A program made the translations under genes and the position numbers. Below the pieces are notes generated by a model that saw nothing but the letters and a program-made list of their open reading frames with translations, searched no databases and was not told the DNA's origin. Shown here piece by piece: positions 22,510 to 35,121 of a stretch of 64,000 bases of DNA (its first letter is position 1; every line of letters starts with the position of its first letter). The DNA is from Leidyana gryllorum EB-2025a. Its lineage: Eukaryota; Protista; Apicomplexa. Where the stretch lies: the NCBI GenBank assembly GCA_048772705.1, contig JBLWGC010000136.1:56123-120122 (forward strand), read 5' to 3'.

Positions 22510-22991
22510 ATATACACACAATATGCCAAAAGATTTAATCAATAATGGGTAGGCAAAGTTTTGATCAGAAAGCAGTCGACATGGCCCAGAGAAAAGACAG
22601 GCCGAAGAAATATAAACAAGCTAGTTACACTCCCCTCAGCGTAAAATCACAGAATCGAGGGGCAGTGGTTCCGAATTACAGAGGGTGAGCGGCCGACCTC
22701 GAGCAGATAAAAGAGGAACCCACACTCCGACCGAACCCCTAAACTATATGTAAGGCACAGGTTACATGCAAGGGTCCGACATCAGTCACCCCTTCTCTCG
22801 TGGCATCATTGAAACAGTATTGATCCGGCAGGGAAGAATAGAGGTCTGTAAATACGTTCGGTCGGTCGGCCGGTGCCAGATGAATTGCATCCTTCTTGAG
22901 AGATATGCGATTGGGACCCGCAGTACCTGGGTGCCAAAATCCGCCCATCAGCAGATCGCTATAAATATCAAAGATAAAGTCGGATCGACGA

Positions 22992-24132
22992 TTAGTCGGC
23001 ATAAGCGGTCGTCATAGCGAGCCGCTCGGCATCTGCGAATAGTGATGCAATTCAGAAAGTCTCAGCGCCACATTTTACCGGGCGACCGTAGAATCATCAC
23101 ACTTACCGGCAAGAAGGCCTGGCGAATGAACCGCAATGGTGCGGCACTGGTCAAGAATGGAGGCATCTACGCGTGGTGTTAAGGAGGCAGCGGAAAGTAT
23201 GAGCCAGTTTGTGGCGTCAGGGTCCGATACCGAGCTGCGAGAGGATCCGCCTCGGAAAGAGCGGTGATAGTGCGAAGGTAGTGCCGTCGAGGGCGAGGTG
23301 TCGTCACTTCCGGAAACGAAAGACCTGCCCGACAATTTGTGTTCCAACAATACAGCAGATTCTGTTTCTGAACCCGTCATCAAAGCCTCAGTACTTTCCC
23401 CCGCTGTGGATTTGCCTGTAGGGGTGTATGGCTTCTCTGGGTCCAATTCGAGCTCAAGCCTCCTTCGCCCCATTTGACGGGGAGGAAGGTGTGCTCGGCG
23501 ACCACCTCCAAGACGTCGTTGGTGTTGTGCCGACAAGAAAAGGGCAACGTTGGACGACTTTGGAGAGACGCGCTCCCGTAGACAGGTACCGTCAGCGCTG
23601 GATGCAGAGCTGGGCGACTGTGCTCGTTGTGGTACATCGAGGTCAACAGGAGTGAAGGAATCAGGTGCTGGGGATTGTGCAGGGGAGTTCGGCTGGTTCG
23701 AATTGGCATGTGTCCTCAGCTCGTGCTCTCCGTGCGCGAAGCGACAGAGATCTGTTTGATCTCAACATGACGACGGACTACGCAGCTTTCGCACTCACCT
23801 CCGTTACGACATTTGCCCCGATCAAAGAAGGCGCAGGGCGAAACTTTGTAGAACCTGTCAATACTGACCCGCAGTTCTTCGGGTCCGTGGGCGAACCGAC
23901 ATTCATCGCTTGTAAGAGGGCAGCGGGTCGCTGATGAAACGTGCGGGCACATTCGAGTCTTTCTGAGATTTGGGTGTGCCTCATTGTGATCCAAAGGGGC
24001 GTTGAAGCGCGGTTGCTTGTTCGGGCGATTGAAAGGAGTGCGGATGGAATGTTGTTTCATGAGTGGTGTACGCGTGGGTCGCAAGACGAAGTCCGTTGGA
24101 GGTGCTTCGGTTAATATCGGCGAGGACATCAT
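22992..24132 (-). CDS. Tandem CCCH zinc-finger RNA-binding protein
   Basis: RKTRMC...C....C.FAHGPEELR and FYKVSPC...C..(intron)..CRFAHGEHELR, spliced in frame to ORF 23075..23536. 3' end approximate. Confidence 0.85.
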
Positions 24133-24247
24133 AACACTCAATTGTTTTCCCTGACGTCTACTCACAAACCACACCAAATCAGTGCCCGACCCGACAAGAT
24201 GAATGAAAAAATACTGTGGTGCTGTAGCTGTGGCACACGAAAATAAA

Positions 24248-25989
24248 TCACGTCACCAATGGGGTGTATCGGGTGAATGTCCGCGTCGGACTGTAGATCG
24301 CAAAGCTAAACAAACACCCGCTCAGAGTAGCACACACGATCATTGTACCAATCCAAGCGAAAGCGATCGTTTTGAGCACTCTCCAGTTCAAGGCTTCCAA
24401 ATTGAGCCACCCTTGTCTTTGAGCACCATCTGGGACGTGACGATCCGACAAGCCTACACCAATCATGGCACCGATCGCCACGTGAGTGGTCGATAATGGG
24501 ATGCCGAAATATGAACCCACAATCATGACTGAGGCCATGGCCATTTCTATGCAGAATCCTCGTGATGGGCTAATATGCAGCAGACGGATACCAACCCTTT
24601 TGATCACTCGATGGCCCAAGAACGTGAGGCCGATACTGATGGCAGTTCCTCCCAAGATAAGAATCCATAAGGGAACAGCCGTTTGGGCCAAGAAGGTTCC
24701 TTCCTTGTAGATCGAGTATACTGAGGTGTAAGGGGCAGCTGCATTAGATACGTCATTGCTGCCGTGTACAAGGCACGCCACGGACGCGCTGATGATCTGC
24801 AATGTGGTGAAAAACGTCTCAGCTCGCGGATCAAATTGCTCTGCTCGCAACGCTAGAACCTCTGCCTGACTATCTTCGGCAAAAGCATCAGCATGCAAAT
24901 CCTTGTTCCATGGCATAGCTTCCCGTATTTGTTTCCGCAGACTGTCGCCGGGTGTGCTTGGGGTGGGCGGTGCTTGGGTACTGACGGTCGCTCCACCGGA
25001 GCTTTGGGCTGAGCTGCTAGCGTTGGAGCTGACCACTCCAGCCGCATGTTCCGCCGTGTTTTCAATTTCAATGGTAACACAGGGACTGGGCTCAGCTGCC
25101 AACTCGGCCTTGAGCAAGGCTTTGCGTGCTCGGTGGTAACAGAACGGTGCTAGACACGCGGTCAAGATCACTGTTCCTGCCAGTGCGAAAGCACTGGTTT
25201 GCCACCGATGCGCGTGTGCCCATTGAGAGAGGTAGCAAGGAGATTGGTGCACAATGCCCTCGCTTGTCAATTGTGAGCATTTAGTAGAAGCCAGTACGAC
25301 GGGATTGGAGAAGGCGAAGAAGAATGCGAAAACACCTGCGACGGCGAAAATCAAGAGCCAAAGTACTTTGAAACCGATTTGAACAGCATTAGGCCTCCGC
25401 AGCATGTAGTGCCGGGCAGCTCGGAAATAGATGGTGCCAACGACACAGGAGAGGAGTGGCGAGATGACCCAACTCAAGGTTATGCGGCCCATGTAACGCC
25501 AGTTCACCGCTTTGGGAGAAATGGCAATTCCACAGCCCAGCATTGCCCCGATGAGAGAATGTGAGGTTGAGACTGGCAAGCCAAGGAGACAGGCGAAGAT
25601 CAACCAGACAGTACCTCCCATCAGTGCGCAGAGGTTGGCCAAGAGCAAAATGTCAGGCATGTGACCAAACTGCTCTGGATCTGATGCGCAATGTAGGATG
25701 GAACAAAGGACAGTGTCCACTCACAATACACTCCCTTCCGCAGGGAGTCTGTGACAGTGGCCCCCAGGGCTACTGATCCAACAAACTCGAAGATGGCAGC
25801 TATCAAAACTGCATGTCGCAAACTGATCGACTTGGACCCGACTGACGTTCCGAAATTGTTGGACACATCGTTGGCCCCTATGCCAAATCCCAAAGCAAAG
25901 CAAAACACACCTCCCACTATCACACACCTGCGAGGAAGACAATTTGACAAGGAGAGTAATCAATCTAACCACAAATACTCATCCAGCAT
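24248..25989 (-). CDS. PiT/PHO4 (SLC20) inorganic phosphate transporter, paralogue 1
   Basis: GIGANDVSNNFGTSVG, LPVSTSH, HGSNDVSNA, PSRGF, PLSTTH. Two 5' introns. Confidence 0.95.
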
Positions 25990-26300
25990 GACCGGCTGAA
26001 TGGCTTGATAATATCCCTGCTTGGGACAGCACTAGAGAGAAATGCTAGGACACCGAGATCAGAAGGCCGGCATTTTGGGCCGGCAGCCCGCAAAGGGTCA
26101 AGAGTGGTGCACGTAAGAATGAGAACAAAGCTTATTTCTCGCGTGCACGCAAAGAATGAATTGTAGTTCGTAAGCAATCAATCTGGATTGCCACTCGAGA
26201 AAATAGCTTCCTCACTATCATTTAAGAACGAATGCAACTTGTTGCCGCTAGATGCAGTGGAAGTCAGCGCCATCGATTTGGACGGAGCTGCCGATGAGCT

Positions 26301-28176
26301 TCACCAAGTGTCCGCTCTGTCCCAGCCGGAGATGTATCGGACTTGATCGACTGGCTCCTCCTGCTGAACCACGAGGTTCACAGATGGGGAGTGAATCACG
26401 AAGGAGTAGATGGAGAATGAGAGGAATGCACAGATGACCAAGGTGCCAACCCATGCAGTCGCAATCTGACGCACAACTCTCCAGTTCAACGCAGCGAAGT
26501 TCATTCCCATCCACGTCCTCTCGGATTTGCGAACCTCTTTCCCCTCCAGCGCTGCTGTTTCTTCCTCCTCAGTAACGATTTTCTTGTCAATCAGTCCAAC
26601 ACCCAGCATTGAACCAACCACCACATGTGTCGTTGAAAGCGGCAAACCGGAAAATGACCCGACAAGCATGATAGTAGACGACGCAATCTCAATACAAAAT
26701 CCACGACTGGGGGTGACATAGAGCAACTCAATTCCAACACGGCGAATAACTCTATGCCCCAAGAACGTCAGCCCAACAGAGATAGCCATACCTCCCAACA
26801 CCAGTATCCATAGCGGCACCTGGATCGATGTATTAAACTTTCCCTGACGATATATGTCATACACGCTTGCATAGGGCGCTGCTGCATTTGCCACATCGTT
26901 GCTTCCGTGCAGGAGACAACCGAGACTTGCGCTAACGATCTGCAGCGTCTTGAAGAAAGTTTCACATCGAGGATCAAACTGTTCCGCTTGACGAGCCATT
27001 TCTGTCACCTTGCTGTCACATTGTGCCGCTTCGGTGTGTAAGTCTTGGTTCCAAGGCATCTTTTTCCGAATCTCGCCAACCTTCCCTTTGCAACCACCTG
27101 CAGCTTCATCCACGTCAATTGAAGCGATAGTCGGAGAGGTCGACGCCTTTTTGTCCTTGGGCTTGCCTTCCACCGAAGTGACCGATGATCGCGATGAAGG
27201 ACTACGTTCACTGACAGCCTTCACGTCATTGGCTGCCAACTCCAAATCTTCAGTCGCTTCTGCAGCCTCCTTCCTTATGTCGAAAGCTCTCAGCTGCTTA
27301 TTTGCTTGCCAGTACACCATCGGGCAGACTAGGACACTCAGCGCTGTACCTATGCCCAGGGCCACCAAAAGGGCCATTCCTGGCTTCACTTGCACCCATT
27401 TGTGAACTACACACGGCGCCACAAACTCTATTCCATTGTCAGTTTCCTGAGAACATCTTGTGCCCGCCAAACGCACTGGGTTCGACCACATGAAGAACAC
27501 CGAGCACACTGTGCAGGTGATCCACACAAGCAACCAAGCGGTCTTCTTCCCCCTCTCCACACTGTTGGAGCTGCGTAGAATGAAATGACGAACCAATACA
27601 TAGTATATGATCCCCACGATAGCGCTCAAAAGCGGGCTCAGAAACCAGCTGGCAACTACCGTACCCACAAAGTCCCACTTGATGGCGCTGGCAGATTGAG
27701 CGAGGCCGCAGCCAAGTAGCGCACCAACCAAACTGTGTGTGGTGGAGACGGGCAGACCCATTTTGCTGGCGGATAAGAGCCAGATCGTGCCCGAAATCAA
27801 TGCACACATGTTGGCCATCAACAACAAGTCGATTCGGCCTTCGAAAGCCTCAGGATCTGGAGACCAGTTACTGAATCTAATCAACCGATACTGTAAACAC
27901 TCACCGTATACTCCTTTTCGCACTGAGTCAGTGACGGTGGCTCCTAAAGCCACGGATCCCAGTAGCTCGAAGATAGCAGCAATGATGATGGCATTCTTCA
28001 AACTTATCGACTTAGCACCAATGGAAGTTCCAAAATTGTTCGACACATCATTGGCACCCATGCCAAACCCGAGGGTGAAGCAGAAGAAGGCACCCAGGAT
28101 CACGCACCTGAGTCCAGTGTCTCCAAACGGTACATTGTAGCAACTCTCACCATAAGTAGTCCGACAAAGGGGCCAT
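26301..28176 (-). CDS. PiT/PHO4 (SLC20) inorganic phosphate transporter, paralogue 2
   Basis: GMGANDVSNNFGTSIG, LPVSTTH, HGSNDVANA, PSRGF. Intron positions match paralogue 1. Confidence 0.95.
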
Positions 28177-28283
28177 AGGACGCTGATTGTACAACGCTGA
28201 TCTAGAGTGAAAAATTTGTCGGTTCCCAGATCGCAACCTGGGCTATGGTGTCGTGTCTTAATGATGTCGTTGCCTATCTATTC

Positions 28284-29406
28284 CTAGCCGAGGTCAGGCA
28301 TGGAGCCTGCCCCCGTTGATAAAACAGCACATTCAGCCTCGTCTCCGACTTCCACTGTGACTAAGCTGGGTGCGTACCTGCGAGAAGTCGTGATGGGCTG
28401 CGGAATTGTCTCACAGGATCTCGAGAATTTGCGCCTTGGACACTAGGGGATCTTCCTCGGACCCTGCTGTGCACAATGCTTCCATTGCTGTCAACTTGTC
28501 TGCACAGATTTGTGATTGTCATCTTGGTCATCCGATTGTTGCTTACTCAAATAGAAATCCCGGGTATTGGTCGCATCAGTGAAAGCCTCTTGCAGCTCCT
28601 TCAATTTGTTCTCCAGATCACGCAGACTGCGATCGAGATATAGAACTTTCTCTGTTGCAGGGCCTGATCCAGCATCCGACAACTGGGCGGATCCTGTGCG
28701 TCGCTCCTCTTTCTTCATTGGACCACCACCAGCATTCGGCATTCCCCCCTTCCGCACTGGAGCTCCCCGCCCGCGGTCTCGATTCGAGCCAAGTCTGTTG
28801 TGCGCGAGAGGGGGCGCTGGGACGGGGTTATTCGCCTGACAACATGATAACGCCATTAGAGACTTTAGGTCCGAAGGTACCATTGCATTCCCCGGCTCAG
28901 CCCAGGCAGGGAGTGGACCAATACCCAACAGTCTTCTCTCCCAAGCTTTGTACTCGGTTTTGCGCGCGTCCACCCTGAACAGCTCTCTGATTGCCAATCG
29001 ATGCCAAACAATATACCTCTCATGTATCATTTTCATCCACTGAAGGAACTCCAGATTATCTTGCAGGCGGCCCTTCGCCAGCTTTTCCATATCAAATCTC
29101 TGGCGGCCCCATGTGAGTAGTCATGTGCCTTCTTACTCTGGATAGCTTGCATTTTTCGAAGACCTCTTGGAGCAATTTGTAGTTCTTAGTTATCTCATAC
29201 TCTAGAGTGGCCGCCCAATGCACCCGAGACATATTCACCCGATTGGGGAAGATCTTATCGAAGATCTGCAGGTACATAGCACCGTTACCACATTGTTCAA
29301 TCTTTGTGAAGCTGCAGTCAAACTCTTTGTTTAGCCACTCAATCAGTTGTCCACGGGGTACGAAGAAAGCATTGTCAGAAGGGCCAACAGTATTAACACT
29401 GTCCAT
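28284..29406 (-). CDS. EB1: Microtubule plus-end binding protein EB1
   Basis: CH domain FFVPRGQLIEWLN...TKIEQCGNGA...NYKLLQ, KGRLQDNLEFLQW, and EBH motif RDFY. Multi-exon. Confidence 0.93.
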
Positions 29407-29429
29407 TTTCAAGTCCAAAAGAATTTGAG

Positions 29430-29858
29430 ATGCGCCGGGGGCGTGGTGCGAAACCAACTCGGCGCAAGGGGAGTGCTACGGACGAGGACGACCTAGGTAA
29501 GAGGTGCGTTGGACTCAGCAGCAAATGACTTTTCAGGTCCTACAAGTAAAAGATATGAGAATCTGGACATCGCTTTAGCTCTGGCTGAAGACATGCATGA
29601 TCCCACCAAGTGAGTCAATCATCATCCTACTACTTCCTAAACATTCTTCCTCGCAGGCCAATGCCCTATCTCGCCCTCACGGAGGGCCCAGCAGTGTGCA
29701 ACCCGCCCCTCCTATGCATTGTATGTGCCTGCCCGGCTCAGTATAGATGTCCTAGATGCGCCACCATGCGACCTGTCCCACAGCAAAGACTGCTGTGCAG
29801 CCAGAAATGCTGGAATCTCCATCAAGTGGCCGATTGTGGCAAGTCAAAATTGTTGTAG
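29430..29858 (+). CDS. HIT-type zinc finger protein, ZNHIT1/Vps71/SWC6-like
   Basis: YLAL..GP...PP..CIVC..PAQYRCPRC...CSQKCWNLHQ..DC. ATG at 29430 with two short introns. Confidence 0.75.
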
Positions 29859-29907
29859 TGCGACGGCAAAGACACCTTAGTGTATTAAAATATATTAGGC
29901 GGACACC

Positions 29908-32900
29908 ATGAGACCGCACCACTTGCTCGCTCTCTTCGCTATAGCACTCGGGGGAGGATGGGCTCTGCCCCCTTCTTGTGGAGAGGAGTCATGTCCCATC
30001 GCAAGGATTCCGATGTGTCGCGAGTCTGAACAGGATGGCTCCAAGAAGGTGGTGCTGACGAAACGGCAGGACTATCGGCCACTGAATTATGTAATGCCCC
30101 ATGTCGAGTTGATGTTCGAGCTGGGGGCGGATACGACTACCGTCTACAGCAAGTTGACCATATCACGACCGGAGGACGCAAGTGGTCCAATTGTACTCTA
30201 CGGATCAAACGAGCTGGAGCTTCTCTCTTTGTCGATCGACGACGAACACAAAGTGAACCTCCTTCCTGTGCTGGAGGAAAAAGAGAGTGAAGCAATCTGT
30301 CTGAATGGGACTGATCATTCGTTGGTGATCGTTCCCGATCCCTCACTCTTCCCGCCATCGTCCGATCCTAAAGCTTTCGATTTGTACATGATAGTTCGAA
30401 TTCATCCAAATCGTAATACTCATCTATTTGGTTTGTATGAAAGCGATGGTTTGTTGGTTACTCAGAATGAGGCTCAAGGATTCCGTCATATAACGTATTT
30501 CCCCGATCGTCCAGACGTACTCGCTACCTTCCATGTGACCCTGAAAGCTGATAAAAACCAATATCCCGTGTTGCTGAGTAATGGAGACCTGATCAGCTAC
30601 GAGGCCGAGAAGGAAGGATCACAGCACATGGCAACTTTCTACGACCCCCACCCCAAGCCGAGCTATCTCTTCGCTTTGGTGGCTGGCGAACTGAATAAAG
30701 TTGAGTCTGATTTTGTCATTCAGCGGCCATGTGAAGAGGCGGTGCAAGCCTTTTATGATCTCGAGAGCGTGGGAGAAGCTCAAACGAAGGCTGCCCACCT
30801 GATGCGATACTGTGATTCGTTCCCTCAAGCGGACGATCTGCAACCCAAGACCGTTAAGCTGGAAGTTTGGGGCAAACCTGGACGAGAGAGCAAGTTGACT
30901 TGGTCACTGGAGTCGATCAAGAAGGCTATGCTGTACGATGAGATAGTTTTCGGCCGTTATTACGATTTAGAGACCTTCCATGTCGTGAGTACACGAGATT
31001 TCAATGCAGGAGCCATGGAGAACAAGGGGCTCAACATCTTTAATGCCGCGCTCGTCGAAGCTGACGAGTCATTGACAACCGACGCACAGTTTATTAGAAT
31101 TCAAGGAGTCATCGCACATGAATACTTCCACAACTGGAGTGGCGATCGTGTCACCTGCAGAGACTGGTTCCAGCTCTCTCTCAAAGAAGGTTTCACGGTG
31201 TACAGAGATCAGTTATTCACCCAAGATGCTTTCAACACGTCGAGCAAACGTATCGAAGATGTCAAATTCCTGACTGATGTGCAATTCCGCGAAGACGGCG
31301 GTCCCTTACGTCACCCCATCAGACCCGAAACCTATGCGAGCATCGAGAACTTTTACACTGTCACTGTTTACGAGAAAGGAGCCGAAGTCGTGCGGATGTA
31401 CAACACCTTGTTGGGATGGGAGACTTTCCGGCAAGGCACAGACTACTACTTCTCGCAGTACGACGGCAAAGCAGCAACCTGTGATGATTTCCTTTCGAGT
31501 ATGGAACACGTCAGTGGGAAAGATCTTTCCCAATTCGCTCGCTGGTACAACAGTAGTGGCACACCTGTTGTCACGGTGCTCGATTTCCAGTACGAGGGGA
31601 GTACTGTTACTCTGAAACTAAAGCAAGAAGTGCCGAATGGGGGCCCCTTACTCATCCCTCTGGTCATTGGGTGGTTGGGCGCTACCGAGACTACTGATGT
31701 GGCTGAGACTGTGATTGTGGAAATGAGCGAGGCAACGCAGACTTTCACTTTCGACAATATCGACAAGGTGCCGATTCCGGCTATTAATCGCGGATTCAGT
31801 GCCCCCATAATCGTCAAACCGTACCTGAATCGCACTCAGCTCCTTCACCAGGCTCAACACGATAGCTGTGGATATATTAGATGGGCGGCAACTCAATCCA
31901 TAATGCGCGATGCAATAGTCCATCAAGCAAATGCACAGACAGCATCGACTTCGGTCGAGCATGAAGAACTGACATCGATCCTCGCCACGGTACTACAGAA
32001 GTTTTTGGATGACGACAGTGGGGATCTACTCTCTGTCAGTCATCAAATCAAATTCCCGTTATTGGCCACCTTTGAAAGATCCTTTGATCCTTTTGACCCA
32101 ATCGTGGTTTTCGAGGCTATTGAATCTGTTCGGTAAGAGGCTTTTCACAAAAGGAGACCCTCTGCATCCACGTCCTAGGCTCGCTGTGGTAGAGAAGCTG
32201 CGGGATTTGCTCTGGGAAGCATATGACCGCACTGTTGCCCTGCTGTCCGAGTTCCCAGACTACCAGATCAGCACCAGACAAGTTGGTGTGCGCAGTCTCA
32301 AGAACTCCCTTATTGCCCTCCTTGCGGCTGACAAATCAGACACCAAGACCGAAGAAACCATTCTGCGCCAACTGGAGCACGCGTATGTGGAGAACGAGGC
32401 CGCAGCCGCTCTCTTCATCGGCATCAACTATCCTCCGTCTGACATGCGGAACATCTTGATCGAATCTTACCGCGAGAGAGCGGGCACAGAAGATCTTCTG
32501 ATCAACAGATGGCTGTCAGCGCAAGCCTCGAGCTCTGCGTCGGATACATTGGCTAATGTCCAGCGTCTCGCAAAACTTGATCTGTACAAAGAGAGCAGAA
32601 CTCCGAATCGCATTCGTGCTCTCCTTGGTGCCTTTGCAGCAAACACCCTTCGATTGAACAGTCCGAATGGTAGCGGATACGAGTTCGTCGTGGATGAAAT
32701 CATCAGAATCGACAAGTTTAACTCCAAAGTTGCCGCTCGGGTGGCCAGCGCGCTGACGCACTGGGGAAGGTAAGTCACCACACGTCACATGCTGCCCCAT
32801 CGGTTCCTAAGATTACCCAACGACCGGAAGGTGTTCATCCGAGCCGCACTACGGAGACTTCTTGCCACCCAGGAATTGTCGACTCAAACCCGCGAGATAG

Positions 32901-32956
32901 TCACCAAAGCTTTGCGGGCGGATGAGGCTGTACGAGAGAACCCTGACCTTTCATAA
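29908..32956 (+). CDS. M1 family alanyl aminopeptidase (PepN-type) with signal peptide
   Basis: GAMENKGLNIFN, HEYFHNWSGDRVTCRDWFQLSLKEG, NFYTVTVYEKGAEVVRM, TPNRIRALLGAF. Two introns near the 3' end. Hydrophobic N-terminus. Confidence 0.97.
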
Positions 32957-32961
32957 AAAAA

Positions 32962-33387
32962 ATGTCTTGGCATCGAGGGGTTGTGTTGTTGAATGAGAAC
33001 CAGTTGGTGCTGGAGGAGGAGGCCAATCTTCTAGAGTCGTTGAGGGCCACCTCCACATCCGAACTCGCGCAAACCAGTGTGCGAAACCGGAATGTAGATG
33101 AAAAGGTCTGGTACGAGGGCCCGGCAGTGCCTGTAGCCGACTCCTTGGAGTGGTGCTTGACAAGGTCCACCCTTCATTACTGTTTCTTGAAAGACAATGG
33201 TCTTCATCAGATCGCCAATAGAAGCATACAACCAACATCACATACTCGCGGGGACGAAATCAGCATAGTGTCTCCCAAAAACACACTACGCTCAGTGGAG
33301 GTTACAAATGACCGACTCATTAGTGTTGTAGCAGAAGAGCCCAAGGGTGCTAATTGGGGAGCAACACTATTGCAACTCAATTGGTGA
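32962..33387 (+). CDS. Small hypothetical protein (141 aa)
   Basis: ATG-initiated ORF in an A-rich context, filling the gap between two genes. Confidence 0.45.
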   Translation: MSWHRGVVLLNENQLVLEEEANLLESLRATSTSELAQTSVRNRNVDEKVWYEGPAVPVADSLEWCLTRSTLHYCFLKDNGLHQIANRSIQPTSHTRGDEISIVSPKNTLRSVEVTNDRLISVVAEEPKGANWGATLLQLNW

Positions 33388-33408
33388 ATATTCCGGTGGA
33401 TTTTCGAG

Positions 33409-35016
33409 ATGAGAAATGTATGGCGACGACTTCTCCATGCGCTCCGATTTACTGCCTTGTTACCTCACCCCATCTATCCCGTTTTACGAGAGCAGAACAT
33501 CACTGAATGGGGCCTCGGAGACGTGCAAGTGAACCTGCTCTTTCTTACCCGAGCAGGACATCTATTGGTGGAGTTGTGGGATTCCTGGTACGAGCGAGCA
33601 TCAAGCGATATCCAGAGGGTGATGAAGAGAACAAATGTCGACGATGTTTTACGTGGATGGGGTACATGGAAAGCTGTCAACGAATCTGAACCGCATACAA
33701 TGGTGTGGCCAACATGGGTGACACCGCTTGTTGAGCAGCCACCCGACACACGATGGGGAGCTCCTAATCAAGCTGTCCGACATTTACTCGAGCACGTTTT
33801 ACCAGTCACCAACCCAGCGGCCTACTATATTTTGATCAGCGAGTCACACGTGCCGGTAAAATCGTTCTTGGATATGTACAAAGACATTGTGGCGGATCCG
33901 AGGAGTCGCTTTAGTGCTTGGGTCCTCGACTACCCACGGTGCACTCCTAAAACCAGCGCCTGGTACAGCTTAAGTCGGGAACACGCCAGTCTGCTGGTGG
34001 CGAATCCCCAAGTGTGGGTGATGAATGACTGGTATACTCCCACTGTCTTCCACTATCATCGAACAGGCCCCCTGGTCGGAGCTGAGGATGAGTACTACAC
34101 CTTTGACGGACTATTTCGGCTCCTCGATCCACTCGGGCATAAGAAAGTCAGCTGTTTAAAGGAAAACGATTTCCCATCTGACGTGCGGATGATACTACAG
34201 AAACCACCGGACTTCCGCAGTGAGACTTTCGTTTTCTGGTATGAGGCTGCGGCTGAGACCAGTGCGAGATATATCGGAGGAGGCAGTGCTTATGGAGTTC
34301 ACCCGCTGCAATTCCATCGCGTCGAACCCGGCCTTCTGAAATATCTGAATGAGCAGACAGACGTCTGGTTTATGCGCAAGATTGTCAAAGACTCATTTGT
34401 ACCGAACTGTGATGGAGGTATGGAGATCCCTGATGTTGGAGTCGATGTGGGTCCTCGTGACGGTGCTGATCCAGCTGCCGCCCTGCTGGACCAGCTTATG
34501 CATAATCGCTCCCAACACAGCTCTGTCGAGGACCTCGTGTACGATCTGATCGAGGAACTGCACTTCTGGCATCTTAACAGAGCGATGACGGCTTTGATTG
34601 ACGGCGGACGCGATATCAAGGATGTCGTAGGCCAGTTAAGTAACAGATTGCTTCAAGTCGCGAGAAAGACCTTGTCTTCGGAGGACGGCATGCCCCCAAT
34701 CCTGATGACAACAAGCCCACACGAATCTGTTATCATGCCGTGGCTGCACTCGAGCTCTTCAGAATATCGCCTGACGCACACTCCGGAACTCGATATGCCA
34801 ATGCCGTCTGTCGAGAATATTGAATTATTGGGAGAGAACGACTTTTACAAGCACTGGATTGGTTTGAATTACGAAAATCGCAGTGATCTCAGACCATTCC
34901 GGGTCACCGTGGATGGAACTCAAGATCGTCACATAGAAATCAAAAGCTCAGGGATTCAGCGACCACATGCGTGTTCAGCTGCAAAATATCTGCAAGCATT
35001 GATGTCGACCGATTGA
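33409..35016 (+). CDS. Core-2/I-branching (GT14-like, BC10/DUF266-type) glycosyltransferase
   Basis: LLFLTR, TRWG...AVRHLL, YYILISESHVPVKSF, SAWYSLSREHA, DEYY and WFMRK parallel the Branch-domain motifs FLFLT/WG/F(I/V)LLSESC(I/V)P/SQW/DEHY/FARK. Confidence 0.75.
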   Translation: MRNVWRRLLHALRFTALLPHPIYPVLREQNITEWGLGDVQVNLLFLTRAGHLLVELWDSWYERASSDIQRVMKRTNVDDVLRGWGTWKAVNESEPHTMVWPTWVTPLVEQPPDTRWGAPNQAVRHLLEHVLPVTNPAAYYILISESHVPVKSFLDMYKDIVADPRSRFSAWVLDYPRCTPKTSAWYSLSREHASLLVANPQVWVMNDWYTPTVFHYHRTGPLVGAEDEYYTFDGLFRLLDPLGHKKVSCLKENDFPSDVRMILQKPPDFRSETFVFWYEAAAETSARYIGGGSAYGVHPLQFHRVEPGLLKYLNEQTDVWFMRKIVKDSFVPNCDGGMEIPDVGVDVGPRDGADPAAALLDQLMHNRSQHSSVEDLVYDLIEELHFWHLNRAMTALIDGGRDIKDVVGQLSNRLLQVARKTLSSEDGMPPILMTTSPHESVIMPWLHSSSSEYRLTHTPELDMPMPSVENIELLGENDFYKHWIGLNYENRSDLRPFRVTVDGTQDRHIEIKSSGIQRPHACSAAKYLQALMSTD

Positions 35017-35121
35017 GTCAGTCACTCAATATTGACGTATATATATAGACACTACCCGTCGCTGTACCGCAAATAATTCGTATGCAGGGACTGTCGGCCA
35101 TGGATGTCACCAACAGCGAGG

